DNA of 64,000 nt from Candidatus Woesearchaeota archaeon (GCA_002688775.1 NZDH01000004.1:54543-118542), one strand, 5' to 3'. Positions 37,728-48,091 are shown, numbered from the stretch's first letter. Notes: generated by a model from the sequence alone, not told the origin. Made by a program: numbers and translations.

Positions 37728-39587
37728 ATGGAACAGAGTAATATACAGATGATAGAAAAGATTGTTCCTGATACTTCTGTCATTATTGAAGGATTGTTGT
37801 CAGAAAAGATTAGGCACAATAGCATCAAGTGCAATGAAATCATTATCCATGAGGCTGTCATTGCTGAGCTTGAGCATCAAGCTAATTTAGGCAAGGCAAT
37901 TGGTTATCTTGGCCTGGATGAGATAAAAAGGATCAAAAATCTTTCTAAACAAAAGGGATTTGAACTTTCTTATAAGGGCTCCAGGCCAAAAGCAGCTGAA
38001 ATCAGGCATGCTTCTCTTGGTGAAATTGATTCTTTGATCAGGCAGCTGGCTTATGATGAAGATGCTACTTTGGTAACTTCAGACAAGGTTCAGAGTGAAG
38101 TTGCGTTAGCCAAAGGGATGAAATCAATTTACTACAAGCAGCCGGAAAAAGGTTTTAAGAAATTAAAGCTTGAGAGATTTTTTGATGAAACAACGATGAG
38201 TGTGCATTTAAGGGAAAATGTACCCCCTTATGCTAAAAAAGGAATGCCCGGCAAGTGGGAATTCAAGGAATTAAGAAAAGCATTGCTTAAGCAGGGAGAA
38301 ATCAGGGATATGTCCAGAGAGATAATAGAAGAGGCAAAGCTCAGAAAAGATGGTTTTATAGAAATTGAAAGGACCGGCTCAACCATTGTACAGCTTGGGA
38401 CTTTTAGGATTGTAATAACAAGGCCCCCTTTCTCTGATGGATGGGAGATTACAGCAGTAAGGCCTGTTAAGAAGCTAAATCTGCAGGATTATGATCTGAG
38501 TGAAAAATTAACTAAGAGAATTTCAGAGCAGGCTGATGGAATTTTAGTTGCAGGATCTCCTGGAATGGGAAAGACAACTTTTGCCCAGGGCTTGGCAGAA
38601 TATTATGCATCACAAAACAAGATTGTCAAAACAGTGGAAGCTCCGAGAGATCTGAATTTACCGGAAAATGTAACGCAATATGCAATCTCCCTTGCCGATT
38701 CCCAGGAAATCCATGACATCTTATTATTATCAAGACCCGATCACACTGTTTTTGACGAGATGAGAAACACAAATGACTTCAAGTTGTTTGCTGATTTAAG
38801 ATTGGCTGGTGTTGGAATGGTGGGAGTTGTACACGCAACCAATCCAATCGACGCTATCCAAAGGTTTTTAGGAAGGATTGAGATGGGAGTCATCCCTCAG
38901 GTTGTTGACACTGTAATTTTTATCAAAAATGGGGAGATAAACAAGGTTCTTGCATTGAAAATGACAGTCAAAGTCCCTTCTGGAATGACAGAAGCAGATC
39001 TGGCAAGGCCTGTTGTCGTTGTTGACGATTTTGAGAGCGGAAATGCAGCATTTGAGATTTACAGTTATGGCGAGCAGACTGTTGTTGTGCCTGTGCAGGA
39101 AGGCAGACAAAAAAGCGGAGCTCAAAAACTGGCTGAAACTACAATAATGCACGAATTCCAGAAATATTCAAGAGATGTTGAAGTTGAAGTCCTGTCTGAC
39201 AATAAGTGCATTGTTTATGTTGCTGAGCAGGATATTGCAAGGATAATCGGCAAGCAGGGGGCAAACATAATAAGACTTGAGGAAACTCTTGGGATCGGAA
39301 TTGACATAAAAAGCTTTGATGAGAAATATAGTGACAGTAAAATTAAAGGCACTGCAAAAGAGCAGAAAGAAATCCCTTTTGAAACAAGCTATAAAAAGAA
39401 CCAGTTGTTGCTTGAGCTTGGAATGGACATGCAGAACAAAGATGTTGATGTTTATGTTGGAGATGAATTCGTCTTAAGCGCTAAAGCCAGCAAAACCGGG
39501 ATAATAAAGATCAGGAGAAACAACAATATCGGAAGAAGATTGATCGATGCATTGAATAAACATGAGAAGTTAAGGATTGTGGTTTAA
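37728..39587 (+). CDS. COG1855-type PIN domain + PhoH-like ATPase + KH domain protein
   Basis: An N-terminal PIN domain (DTSVII) is followed by Walker A LVAGSPGMGKTT. The C-terminal KH segment is IIGKQGANIIRLEETLGIGIDI. Confidence 0.7.
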   Translation: MEQSNIQMIEKIVPDTSVIIEGLLSEKIRHNSIKCNEIIIHEAVIAELEHQANLGKAIGYLGLDEIKRIKNLSKQKGFELSYKGSRPKAAEIRHASLGEIDSLIRQLAYDEDATLVTSDKVQSEVALAKGMKSIYYKQPEKGFKKLKLERFFDETTMSVHLRENVPPYAKKGMPGKWEFKELRKALLKQGEIRDMSREIIEEAKLRKDGFIEIERTGSTIVQLGTFRIVITRPPFSDGWEITAVRPVKKLNLQDYDLSEKLTKRISEQADGILVAGSPGMGKTTFAQGLAEYYASQNKIVKTVEAPRDLNLPENVTQYAISLADSQEIHDILLLSRPDHTVFDEMRNTNDFKLFADLRLAGVGMVGVVHATNPIDAIQRFLGRIEMGVIPQVVDTVIFIKNGEINKVLALKMTVKVPSGMTEADLARPVVVVDDFESGNAAFEIYSYGEQTVVVPVQEGRQKSGAQKLAETTIMHEFQKYSRDVEVEVLSDNKCIVYVAEQDIARIIGKQGANIIRLEETLGIGIDIKSFDEKYSDSKIKGTAKEQKEIPFETSYKKNQLLLELGMDMQNKDVDVYVGDEFVLSAKASKTGIIKIRRNNNIGRRLIDALNKHEKLRIVV

Positions 39588-39626
39588 CCGTGCATTCCCC
39601 TGTACTGCCTTTGTGTATGATCTAAC

Positions 39627-39956
39627 TTAGAAACTTATTCTTTCAGTTAATTCATCAATGTTTTCTCCGGGATAAGGTACTATATTTCCCAAATGAATGA
39701 ATCTTTGTTTTGGATCTGTGCTTACTCGAACAAACTCGCCAATATACCTATCATCATAAACTAGAGATACTCGATAAGATTCACCTCGAATTTGAACTGT
39801 TCCAGTTCTGCCATGAAGAAGTATCCCATTATCATTGGTATGCACTACATCATCAACTGAAACTGGTTTAGGAAGTGATGTTGGAATTTCTATTCTAACA
39901 AAATCAGGTGGGACTTCAACTGTTGGAGGTGCAACTGCTGTAGCAGCACTTGCCAT
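39627..39956 (-). CDS. hypothetical protein
   Basis: An intact ORF with a Pro/Val-rich N-terminus. I recognise no motif. Confidence 0.3.
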   Translation of the reverse strand: MASAATAVAPPTVEVPPDFVRIEIPTSLPKPVSVDDVVHTNDNGILLHGRTGTVQIRGESYRVSLVYDDRYIGEFVRVSTDPKQRFIHLGNIVPYPGENIDELTERISF

Positions 39957-40156
39957 TAAAACACCCCAGAATAAAAAAGCCTAATAGAACTATTATCTAC
40001 CGTGTATCTAAGCTGGAATTCACCAACTAGTGTCATTAATTCGCCTCTTCTTCTCAAACACTGTACCCACTCAGTATCCTTATTATTCCTGAAAATATTC
40101 CTATATAAACTTTTCTGTTAGAAACATTTTTATAGAATTCGTAATGAATTATCCCT

Positions 40157-41431
40157 ATGCTTGACATAAAATTTATTAGAGAAAATCCTAAGGTTATAAA
40201 GAAAGATCTTGAGAAAAGGCACGAAAAAGAAAAGCTAAAATGGGTAGATGACCTGCTAAAAAAAGATGTAGAGTACAGGAAATTACTGCAGGACAATCAA
40301 AAACTCAGGCAAAGGAGAAATGAAATTACAGACGAGATAAACAAATTAAAAAAACAAGGTGAAGATATAAAAGAAAAGATCAAGGAAGCAAAAGAATTGC
40401 CTGATACGATCAAGCAGAGCACTGAAAAAGTTGAGGAATTAAGGAATAAGATCCAATATTACCTGATGAGACTGCCCAACATACTGCATGAATCAGTCCC
40501 GATCGGGAAGGATGAAAATGACAATGTTGTTGTAAAAAAATGGGGCACGAAGCCAAAATTTGATTTTGAGTTGAAACCTCATGGCGAGCTGCTTGAAAAA
40601 TTGGGTTTAGCTAATTTTGACAAGGCTGCCGAGGTTAGTGGGCATGGTTTTTATTATTTGCTTGGAGATATTGCAAAGCTTGAACTGGCTTTGATACATT
40701 TTGCAGTTGATTTTCTGACTAAAGAGAATTATGTTTTAGTCGAACCGCCGTTAATGCTCAGAAGAAAACCATATGAAGGCGTGACTGACCTAAAAGATTT
40801 TGAAACCATGATGTACAAAGTCCAGGATGAAGATTTATTGCTGATTGCTACATCAGAGCATCCGATTGCAGCGATGCTTATGAACGGGATTTATGATGAA
40901 AAACAACTGCCGTTGAAATTTGTTGGATACAGCCCATGCTTCAGAAAGGAACTTGGAAGCCATAGCATCGACACAAGGGGGATTTTCAGGGTGCATCATT
41001 TCAATAAGATTGAGCAATTTGTGTTTTGCAAGCCTGAAGATTCGTGGAAATTTCATGAAGAATTGCTGAAAAACGCTGAAACCTTGTTCCAGAAATTGAA
41101 AATCCATTACAGGGTAGTCAATGTCTGTACAGGAGATATAGGGACAGTAGCTGCAAAAAAATATGACATTGAAGCATGGTCTCCAAGGGAAAATTTGTAC
41201 AGGGAGGTAGTCAGCTGCTCTAACTGCACTTCATACCAGGCAACAAGGCTGAATATAAAATATAGAAAAGGCAAGGAAAAAGAATTTGCCCATACTCTGA
41301 ACAGCACAGCAATAGCAACTTCAAGAGCTTTAAGAGCAATAATCGAGAATTACCAGCAAAAAGATGGAAGCATCAAGGTTCCAACTGTTTTGCAGAAATA
41401 TATGGGGAAGAAAGTAATAGCTAAAAGATAA
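40157..41431 (+). CDS. serS: seryl-tRNA synthetase
   Basis: An N-terminal coiled-coil arm (MLDIKFIRENP) precedes the class II core motifs. Confidence 0.85.
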   Translation: MLDIKFIRENPKVIKKDLEKRHEKEKLKWVDDLLKKDVEYRKLLQDNQKLRQRRNEITDEINKLKKQGEDIKEKIKEAKELPDTIKQSTEKVEELRNKIQYYLMRLPNILHESVPIGKDENDNVVVKKWGTKPKFDFELKPHGELLEKLGLANFDKAAEVSGHGFYYLLGDIAKLELALIHFAVDFLTKENYVLVEPPLMLRRKPYEGVTDLKDFETMMYKVQDEDLLLIATSEHPIAAMLMNGIYDEKQLPLKFVGYSPCFRKELGSHSIDTRGIFRVHHFNKIEQFVFCKPEDSWKFHEELLKNAETLFQKLKIHYRVVNVCTGDIGTVAAKKYDIEAWSPRENLYREVVSCSNCTSYQATRLNIKYRKGKEKEFAHTLNSTAIATSRALRAIIENYQQKDGSIKVPTVLQKYMGKKVIAKR

Positions 41432-41432
41432 A

Positions 41433-41711
41433 ATGGCCAAAATCCACGGTTTGGTTTATATTGTAGTTGGATTGTTTGTTTCTATTGCTTCATTGAGGAT
41501 AGATTATGGAGAATTATACTTATTCTTTTATGTTGGAATAATATTTATTGTAGTTGGATCTACAAAGTTAGTAAATAAATATTTGGAAAATCAAGATAAA
41601 AAATTACATAAGGCCAAGCATCACGCGCATAGACTGAAGTACTGCCATAATTGCCGTAATGTTATCAGAACTAATGATAAGTTCTGCAATAAGTGCGGGG
41701 TTAGAGCTTAA
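41433..41711 (+). CDS. membrane-anchored zinc-ribbon protein
   Basis: Two TM helices precede CHNCRNV...CNKCG. Confidence 0.45.
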   Translation: MAKIHGLVYIVVGLFVSIASLRIDYGELYLFFYVGIIFIVVGSTKLVNKYLENQDKKLHKAKHHAHRLKYCHNCRNVIRTNDKFCNKCGVRA

Positions 41712-41750
41712 CAAAAACTATATAAACAATAAAGGATAATATTTAATAAA

Positions 41751-42824
41751 ATGGGGGAGTTATTTAAGGATATCTTAGGAAGCAATGAAACTTTGTTCAA
41801 GAATGATGTTGCGCTAGATTTTTCTTTTGTGCCGAAGATTGTACCATACAGGGAGAAAGAGCAGAGGATCATTGCGTCATGCATAAAACCACTATTTCAG
41901 GAAAAATCAGGGAAGAATCTGTTTATATCTGGGCAGCCTGGAGTTGGAAAAACAGTTGCCTTAAAGAAAGTCCTGGATGAGCTGGAGGAAGAATCAGAAG
42001 ATATTATACCTATATACATAAACTGCTGGCAGAGAAATACCACTTACAAGATAATTCTTGAGATCTGTGAATTGATGGAGTTTAAATTTGTGCAAAACAA
42101 GAAAACAGAAGAGCTTTTCAGATGGGTCAAGCAGAATCTGAACAAGAAATCAGTCGTTTTTGTCTTTGATGAGGTTGATAAGCTTGAAGATTTGGATGTG
42201 TTGTACATGATTTTGGAAGAAATCTACAGGAAGACAATAATTTTGATCACAAACTACAAAGACTGGCTTTTGAATTTAGATCAGAGAATAAAATCAAGAT
42301 TATTGCCGGAAATGATTGAGTTCAAGCCGTACAATGTGGAAGAAACAAAGGGAATTTTGAAGCAAAGAGCTGAATATGCTTTTCATCCGACTGTATTGAG
42401 CAATGATGCCTTTGAATTGATTGTGAAGAAAACATTCGAGCTGCAGGACATAAGGACAGGACTGCATCTGATGAAGGAAGCAGGCACTATTGCAGAAGAC
42501 AAATCATCAAGAAAGATAACCTTAGAACATTCAAAGCAGGCATTGGACAAGATTCAGGAATTTAGCATCAAAAATACAGATGAATTATCATCAGATGAGA
42601 AAATCATTTTGGACTTAGTAAAAGACAATTCCGGCAAAAGGATCGGAGATGTCTTTAAAATATATCAAGACAATGGCGGAAAGCTTGTCTACAAATCGTT
42701 TCAGAGGAAAATAGATAAACTACAGAAAAACAGGTTTATAGAAGTTGAGAAAATTGCTGGCGGTGATGACGGCAATACAACAATCTTAAAATGTATATAT
42801 GAGAAAAAGCTGACTGAGTTTTAG
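41751..42824 (+). CDS. cdc6: Orc1/Cdc6 AAA+ replication initiator
   Basis: Walker A ISGQPGVGKT, Walker B VFVFDEVD and a C-terminal winged helix are present. Confidence 0.8.
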   Translation: MGELFKDILGSNETLFKNDVALDFSFVPKIVPYREKEQRIIASCIKPLFQEKSGKNLFISGQPGVGKTVALKKVLDELEEESEDIIPIYINCWQRNTTYKIILEICELMEFKFVQNKKTEELFRWVKQNLNKKSVVFVFDEVDKLEDLDVLYMILEEIYRKTIILITNYKDWLLNLDQRIKSRLLPEMIEFKPYNVEETKGILKQRAEYAFHPTVLSNDAFELIVKKTFELQDIRTGLHLMKEAGTIAEDKSSRKITLEHSKQALDKIQEFSIKNTDELSSDEKIILDLVKDNSGKRIGDVFKIYQDNGGKLVYKSFQRKIDKLQKNRFIEVEKIAGGDDGNTTILKCIYEKKLTEF

Positions 42825-42834
42825 ATTATTTAGA

Positions 42835-43770
42835 TCAAGATTGTAGTAGACTGTGTATAAATTCATTAAAATGATCAAAATGGTATGACTTCCTAAATGC
42901 AATCATTATTAATTGAAGTTCTTGATCATCCGATTTTCTATGAAATTCTCTGATTATAGAAGATAATACTTCATCATCATAAAGGTATCCTTCAAATCCC
43001 TCTATCCACCCATAGAAAGCATCGTCGTCCTTTAGGGGAAGACCGGCCATTTCTGCCAGTCTAGAAAAAATATGTTTTCCTAATCTTCTATAGTAATGTT
43101 CAGAACTATCATTCCCTATTTGATCAACTATGCCACTAACAAATTTATTTTCAGCGGATTGTTCCTCTTCTTTCAATTCTTCCTCTAGAATAATTGCTCT
43201 TGCGATGTGATTAATTTTATCACCAACTGATTCATCAATAAAAGATTCACGATTGAAAGTATTATATAGAAACCCCAACTGATGAAAAAGCAATTTAAAA
43301 AGGTAATTTAACAATTCCCCAATATTATCTGGCCTTTTTTTGATTAGATTTATAGTATGAATCGCTAGTTTCAATGTATCGTGTATTTTTCTAAAAATTG
43401 GTATAAGTTTTTTTTGATCGTGATGTTCGATTGCAATAGTTCTTATTAATATATGAGTGTGCTCTTTACTTTCCTCTGATGTTAACCTCCTTAAATCACC
43501 CAATATTTCATGCTCGAGTTTCTCTTCATCCCCAATATCTATTAATTCCTTAGAGATTAATGATGCAATATTATCAAGAACTTCATCTAAAGCATCTAAA
43601 TCCTGCAAAGCTTTCTCAATATTGTTAGGTGAGAAATATTTTGAGAGTTCAGATATCCCTTCGTAATCCTTAAGAGCCCGTCCCCAAATTTGAATTCTCC
43701 TTTCACTATCAATTTTTAATTCTTTTGCTATACTTCCTTTATCTCCAAAAAGATGATTAAATAATCCCAT
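42835..43770 (-). CDS. hypothetical alpha-helical protein
   Basis: The ORF is intact and I recognise no motif. Confidence 0.3.
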   Translation of the reverse strand: MGLFNHLFGDKGSIAKELKIDSERRIQIWGRALKDYEGISELSKYFSPNNIEKALQDLDALDEVLDNIASLISKELIDIGDEEKLEHEILGDLRRLTSEESKEHTHILIRTIAIEHHDQKKLIPIFRKIHDTLKLAIHTINLIKKRPDNIGELLNYLFKLLFHQLGFLYNTFNRESFIDESVGDKINHIARAIILEEELKEEEQSAENKFVSGIVDQIGNDSSEHYYRRLGKHIFSRLAEMAGLPLKDDDAFYGWIEGFEGYLYDDEVLSSIIREFHRKSDDQELQLIMIAFRKSYHFDHFNEFIHSLLQS

Positions 43771-43804
43771 AAATAAAGAATAAATCTAGAATTAATAATA
43801 TTAT

Positions 43805-44071
43805 CTACTTTATATCAAAATCTGTAAAATCTTCCAATTCTTTATGCTTTACATCAATATTTGTAACTTTTGCAGAGCCTGGCCCATTTCTGATAAATTC
43901 AATCAATTCGTTTAGTTTATCTTCATTGCCTTGAGCTGCAATTTCAACATTTCCATCAGCTAAATTGTTTGCATAGCCATGTAAACCAAGTTCTAAAGCT
44001 TTATCTTTGATATTAGACCTAAAGAATACGCCTTGGACTTTGCCTGAGACTATAAGATGAATGCATTTCAT
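43805..44071 (-). CDS. acyP: acylphosphatase
   Basis: VSGKVQGVFFR is the acylphosphatase signature, and the protein is 88 aa. Confidence 0.8.
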   Translation of the reverse strand: MKCIHLIVSGKVQGVFFRSNIKDKALELGLHGYANNLADGNVEIAAQGNEDKLNELIEFIRNGPGSAKVTNIDVKHKELEDFTDFDIK

Positions 44072-44389
44072 ACTTATGAAGAAATTGTCGATTTTATATA
44101 TATTTTATTTCTTTTCCATATTGCAAATAACCACTGGACACTGGACATGGGCGTGTGAAATATTTAAAGGAAAGGCTCCACAATATTGGTAGCAGGAAAA
44201 TGGTTGAACTAAAGTGTTTGAATCCCTCTTTTCACCCCCAAGCATTTCCTGCTTTTAAATTCATAAAACAAAATGTCAAAATTAAAAACAGAATTTCGTG
44301 AAAATTATCCAGTCATAATCTCAAATATCCAAGGATTCAGATCCTGGAAGAGATTGATATTATTTAAATAAAAATAGGAGGAAAGTAAA

Positions 44390-44509
44390 ATGCAAACAAA
44401 CCATAAATTGATAGAAGAATTGTATTGGAAACAGATGAAAGCACTGACAATAAGGACAAATAAGGAATTAAGAAGCTTTGATGCCCATTGCAACGGCATC
44501 AAGATATGA
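44390..44509 (+). CDS. 39-aa small ORF with near-perfect SD (AGGAGGaaagtaaaATG): MQTNHKLIEELYWKQMKALTIRTNKELRSFDAHCNGIKI
   Basis: The GGAGG lies 8 nt upstream of the ATG. The ORF is below the track's length cutoff and is antisense to track ORF 44305..44502. Confidence 0.4.
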   Translation: MQTNHKLIEELYWKQMKALTIRTNKELRSFDAHCNGIKI

Positions 44510-44524
44510 AAGGAGGTGAATTAA

Positions 44525-44656
44525 ATGATACAAAAATTCTTGGATGAATTCGATGAGGACTTCAACTTTTACAATGAAAGCGCTATAAAGCAAAATCTTG
44601 AAGACGATGAAATCAGTGATGCAGAAGAAGGCTTCATGATGGGTTATTTAGATTAA
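44525..44656 (+). CDS. 43-aa acidic small ORF with SD (AGGAGGtgaattaaATG): MIQKFLDEFDEDFNFYNESAIKQNLEDDEISDAEEGFMMGYLD
   Basis: An AGGAGG overlaps the end of the preceding small ORF, so the two are arranged as a two-gene cassette. Confidence 0.4.
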   Translation: MIQKFLDEFDEDFNFYNESAIKQNLEDDEISDAEEGFMMGYLD

Positions 44657-44724
44657 AACTCATTTATATTTTTTTATTTTTCTTAATACAAACTTTTTTA
44701 TACTGATTTTCTTTCCACTTATGT

Positions 44725-45291
44725 ATGCGAATATTAAATTTTAATGAATTTATGCTAGAAGAGATACCAATCATAAATTCTATAAGGGATGGTGCTGTAT
44801 TTATTCATCCAACTGACACAATATATGGAATTGGATGTAATGCTCAAAATTCAGAAGCTATCAAAAAAATCAGAGAACTTAAAGCAAGATCAACAAGTCC
44901 TTTTTCTGTGATTCCGCCTTCATTAAAATGGATCAAGGAAAATTGCCTTGTAACAGAAGAAGCTGAAAAATGGGTCAGGGAACTTCCAGGACCTTTCACT
45001 TTAATTTTAAAATTAAAAAAGGATTGTGTCGCAAAAGAAGTCAATCCTGGGTTGAAGACAATTGGAGTAAGGATGCCAAGGCATAGAATCAGCAAGATAG
45101 TTGCCAAAGCAAATGTGCCGATTGTAACGACATCTGTTAATAGGGGAGGCGAAGATTACATGACTTGCCTGGAAGATTTGGATCCTGCTATAAAAGGAGG
45201 GGTTAAATTTCTGTTATATGAAGGAAAAAAGGAAGGAAGGCCCAGCAAAATAGTTGATTTAACAAGTAATGTCAAGATAATAGAGAGATAA
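44725..45291 (+). CDS. tsaC: L-threonylcarbamoyladenylate synthase (YrdC/Sua5/TsaC family)
   Basis: FIHPTDTIYGIGCNA and TTSVNRGGE are YrdC-fold motifs. Confidence 0.8.
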   Translation: MRILNFNEFMLEEIPIINSIRDGAVFIHPTDTIYGIGCNAQNSEAIKKIRELKARSTSPFSVIPPSLKWIKENCLVTEEAEKWVRELPGPFTLILKLKKDCVAKEVNPGLKTIGVRMPRHRISKIVAKANVPIVTTSVNRGGEDYMTCLEDLDPAIKGGVKFLLYEGKKEGRPSKIVDLTSNVKIIER

Positions 45292-45324
45292 GTTTTTAAA
45301 ATAGTTCTACATTTATTATGCAAT

Positions 45325-45945
45325 ATGAAAGAAAAAACAAAACTCAAAATACTTGCTGCCGGTGATATTCATGGAGATACCAATCAAGCCAAGAGACTGG
45401 CTGAGCAGGCAGAGAAGGAGAACATTGATCTGGTTGTATTATCAGGAGACCTGACCTATGCAGAAACGTCCACAGAAGGCATAATAGGGCCATTTGTCAA
45501 GAAAGGCAAGAAAGTTATCCTGATCCCGGGAAATCACGAAACTGTTGCAACTGCTGACTTTTTAGCTGAGTTATATGGAGCAACTAATCTGCACGGCTAT
45601 TCCATCAAATACAAGGATGTCGGCTTGTTTGGATGCGGGGGGGCAAATATTGGGCTGTTCAAGCTTGGTGAAGATGAGATTTTTGATTTAATCAAGAAAG
45701 GATATGACAGGATCAAAGACACAAAGAAAAAGATTTTAGTAACGCATGTTCATCCTTCTGGATCCCTTATGGAAAAATTTACAGACATTTTTCCAGGCAG
45801 TGGTGGTGTTAAAAAAGCAATTGACACTTTTAAGCCGGATATTTTAATATGCAGCCATGTTCATGAAGCAGAAGGCATAGAAGAAAAGCTTGGAAAAACA
45901 AGGGTTATCAATGTCGGCAAGAAGGGGAAAATAATTGAGGTTTAG
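45325..45945 (+). CDS. calcineurin-like metallophosphoesterase
   Basis: AAGDIHGD, LSGDL, GNHE and a C-terminal HVH are present. Confidence 0.75.
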   Translation: MKEKTKLKILAAGDIHGDTNQAKRLAEQAEKENIDLVVLSGDLTYAETSTEGIIGPFVKKGKKVILIPGNHETVATADFLAELYGATNLHGYSIKYKDVGLFGCGGANIGLFKLGEDEIFDLIKKGYDRIKDTKKKILVTHVHPSGSLMEKFTDIFPGSGGVKKAIDTFKPDILICSHVHEAEGIEEKLGKTRVINVGKKGKIIEV

Positions 45946-46352
45946 TATAATTGTACACCAGTATTATCTTTAGAATCATCATTTTTAACTTCCTTTTTTT
46001 CTCCAGTCTTGTCCATTTTCTTTAATTCATCTTTACTGAACAAATCTGCGAATAATTCTTCTGTGGATTCAGAAGCCCCTTCTGGTTGTGTTGTGCTTGG
46101 TGTTTCTGCAGAAGATGCTTGTGATTCTGGTGCTGGTGTTGATTGTGGCAAAGCATCTGAAGAGTTTGAAGGTGGAGGAGAAGCAGTATCGCCAAAAATA
46201 TTGGCAAATGGACTTGCTGCAGGTTCGCTAGTGCCTGACTCTGGCTGGTTTGTAAAGGTTTCTTGTGACTCTCCAACAAGATTTTGAAGCATATTGATTA
46301 CTTTCCTTAATTCCTCGTGAGAATCCTCTTTAGTATCTATGCTTATTTTCAT
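45942..46352 (-). CDS. acidic Ser/Pro/Glu-rich low-complexity protein
   Basis: The ORF is intact and its composition is strongly biased. Confidence 0.3.
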   Translation of the reverse strand: MKISIDTKEDSHEELRKVINMLQNLVGESQETFTNQPESGTSEPAASPFANIFGDTASPPPSNSSDALPQSTPAPESQASSAETPSTTQPEGASESTEELFADLFSKDELKKMDKTGEKKEVKNDDSKDNTGVQLY

Positions 46353-46375
46353 GATACAGTAAGAACTTATTATCC

Positions 46376-48046
46376 TTAAATATCTTTTGGTTTATTATCT
46401 GTTTCACCTACATTCAAAAGATTCTCTTGTTGTTGAGCCTGCTTTTTTCTTTTTCTTATTTTATAAATAATGAATGGTACAAGGAATAGGGCGATAAAAA
46501 TAATTGCAACTAATAATAATAATTTCCTGTTTAATAGATCCAACTTTGATTTTTCTGGCGTTAAATCTTCCACTATTGTGGTGATTTCTTCTTCACTTTC
46601 ATCTTCAGGTTCAGATAGACCTATGATGGTTTCTTCTGTTTCAGTATCTTGAGAACTCTGAACTTCGCTTTTAATAGATTCTGTACCTGAGCTGGGCGGA
46701 GCTGATAATTTTAGCTTAATATCCTTTGTATGATTTATTGATTTTTGGCCTCCATTAATAGTATAATCTGCAGTGACATAAATTTTCAATATGTCCTCGT
46801 TTATACTGGTCAGATCTTTTGGTACAATGAAATTATTGCTCATAGCTATATAAGACTGATTTGGCTTGATTTTGGCTAAATCCTGCTGCACTTCCATATT
46901 GTAAGGGACGTTTAGTCTAGATTTTACGTCTGTAAAATCAAAAAATTTGCTTGGATTTGATATTTTTACAATTACAATGAACTTTTGACCCGGTAACAGC
47001 TCAGAGTATTCTGTAGTCAGATTTATCAATGGTTTTGGATCTACAGCATCTATAACTGTGCTGTTTTGTATGGAATTTCTCAGGTTTTTTATTGTATAAT
47101 CAAAATCTTGTTTTAGTATATAGCCCCCTCCTGCTCTTGCTTCAAGCAACAATGAAAAATTTTTTCCTGTTTCCGGTTTTAGTATTAAATTTTTTTTCAG
47201 ATTGTTATTGCTGTTTGTAAATCCGGATTTATCTTTCAGGACTACTATATGCCTTGGCAGCTCCAGGGTGATGAACGGACTTATATCTTCATCCTCATTA
47301 TTATTTTTCAATGAGAGATTATAGTAAAAAGGATGATTGACCTCAATATATGAATCAATTATTTGATTTATCTCTAATTGTTTTTGCAAGACTGTTATCG
47401 CTACAGATGGTGTTGTCTCTTGTACGCTTTCAACTCCGTTAAAATAGGTAATATTTCCAGCTAAACTGTATGTACCCCCATTATCTGCAATAACAGTTGC
47501 GGTGCATGTATGATCATAATTCGGTTTTAGAAAACCCTTCCATGCAAGTTGATATCCATTAAATGTGCAACCTTTGACTTCTTTTATTATAAACGAAGAA
47601 AGATCTAAATTGTAATTGATACTGGTAACTTCCAAATTAGTTGGATTTGTCAGAGTTATAGTCAGATCAGTTGATTCTCCTTGCAATAATGTGCCAGATT
47701 TTACTTTGCTATCAACTGACAAACTGCCTGTGAGTTTTGAAATGGTCACATCAACTTCATAATAAAACACATAAGTCGTTATATTCTTATGAGAAAAATT
47801 AGCGCCATTTATGCATACCCTATATTCAATATTTGACTTGCATGCACCATTGTCTATAATCATGTTTGTAGTAGGTGTTTGTGCAAAAGCCTTGTTGAGG
47901 TTTTGGTCGTACTTGAACTTGAATATTAATCCATCTGCTGATACATCGGCATCTGTTATAACCTTGCCTGAGAAGATTTCAGTTGCTGCAGCAACAAATT
48001 GTGATAATAATATAAATAACAAAAAATATACTACCTCTTTTTTCAT
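46376..48046 (-). CDS. cell-surface protein: signal peptide, beta-rich ectodomain, Ser/Glu-rich stalk, C-terminal TM anchor + basic tail
   Basis: The N-terminal MKKEVVYFLLFILLSQFVAAA is signal-like. The C-terminal LLLLVAIIFIALFLVPFIIYKIRKRKK is a TM anchor with a basic tail. Confidence 0.6.
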   Translation of the reverse strand: MKKEVVYFLLFILLSQFVAAATEIFSGKVITDADVSADGLIFKFKYDQNLNKAFAQTPTTNMIIDNGACKSNIEYRVCINGANFSHKNITTYVFYYEVDVTISKLTGSLSVDSKVKSGTLLQGESTDLTITLTNPTNLEVTSINYNLDLSSFIIKEVKGCTFNGYQLAWKGFLKPNYDHTCTATVIADNGGTYSLAGNITYFNGVESVQETTPSVAITVLQKQLEINQIIDSYIEVNHPFYYNLSLKNNNEDEDISPFITLELPRHIVVLKDKSGFTNSNNNLKKNLILKPETGKNFSLLLEARAGGGYILKQDFDYTIKNLRNSIQNSTVIDAVDPKPLINLTTEYSELLPGQKFIVIVKISNPSKFFDFTDVKSRLNVPYNMEVQQDLAKIKPNQSYIAMSNNFIVPKDLTSINEDILKIYVTADYTINGGQKSINHTKDIKLKLSAPPSSGTESIKSEVQSSQDTETEETIIGLSEPEDESEEEITTIVEDLTPEKSKLDLLNRKLLLLVAIIFIALFLVPFIIYKIRKRKKQAQQQENLLNVGETDNKPKDI

Positions 48047-48091
48047 ATTTGAGTTATTAGATATAACATATTTAAATATAGTGGTAAATTA

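Noticed and set aside
41712-41750. Replication origin next to orc1/cdc6
   Set aside because: The upstream spacer is only ~40 bp and the downstream one ~10 bp. I saw no ORB-like repeat arrays or long AT-rich DUE there, so an origin cannot be supported from this window.
44150-44260. RNase P RNA
   Set aside because: Only a short AGGAAAGGCTCC resemblance to CR-I. I could not identify P4 pairing partners or other conserved regions.
44305-44502. 65-aa minus-strand ORF
   Set aside because: It is antisense to the SD-led 39-aa ORF. It has no RBS and a hydrophobic low-complexity translation.
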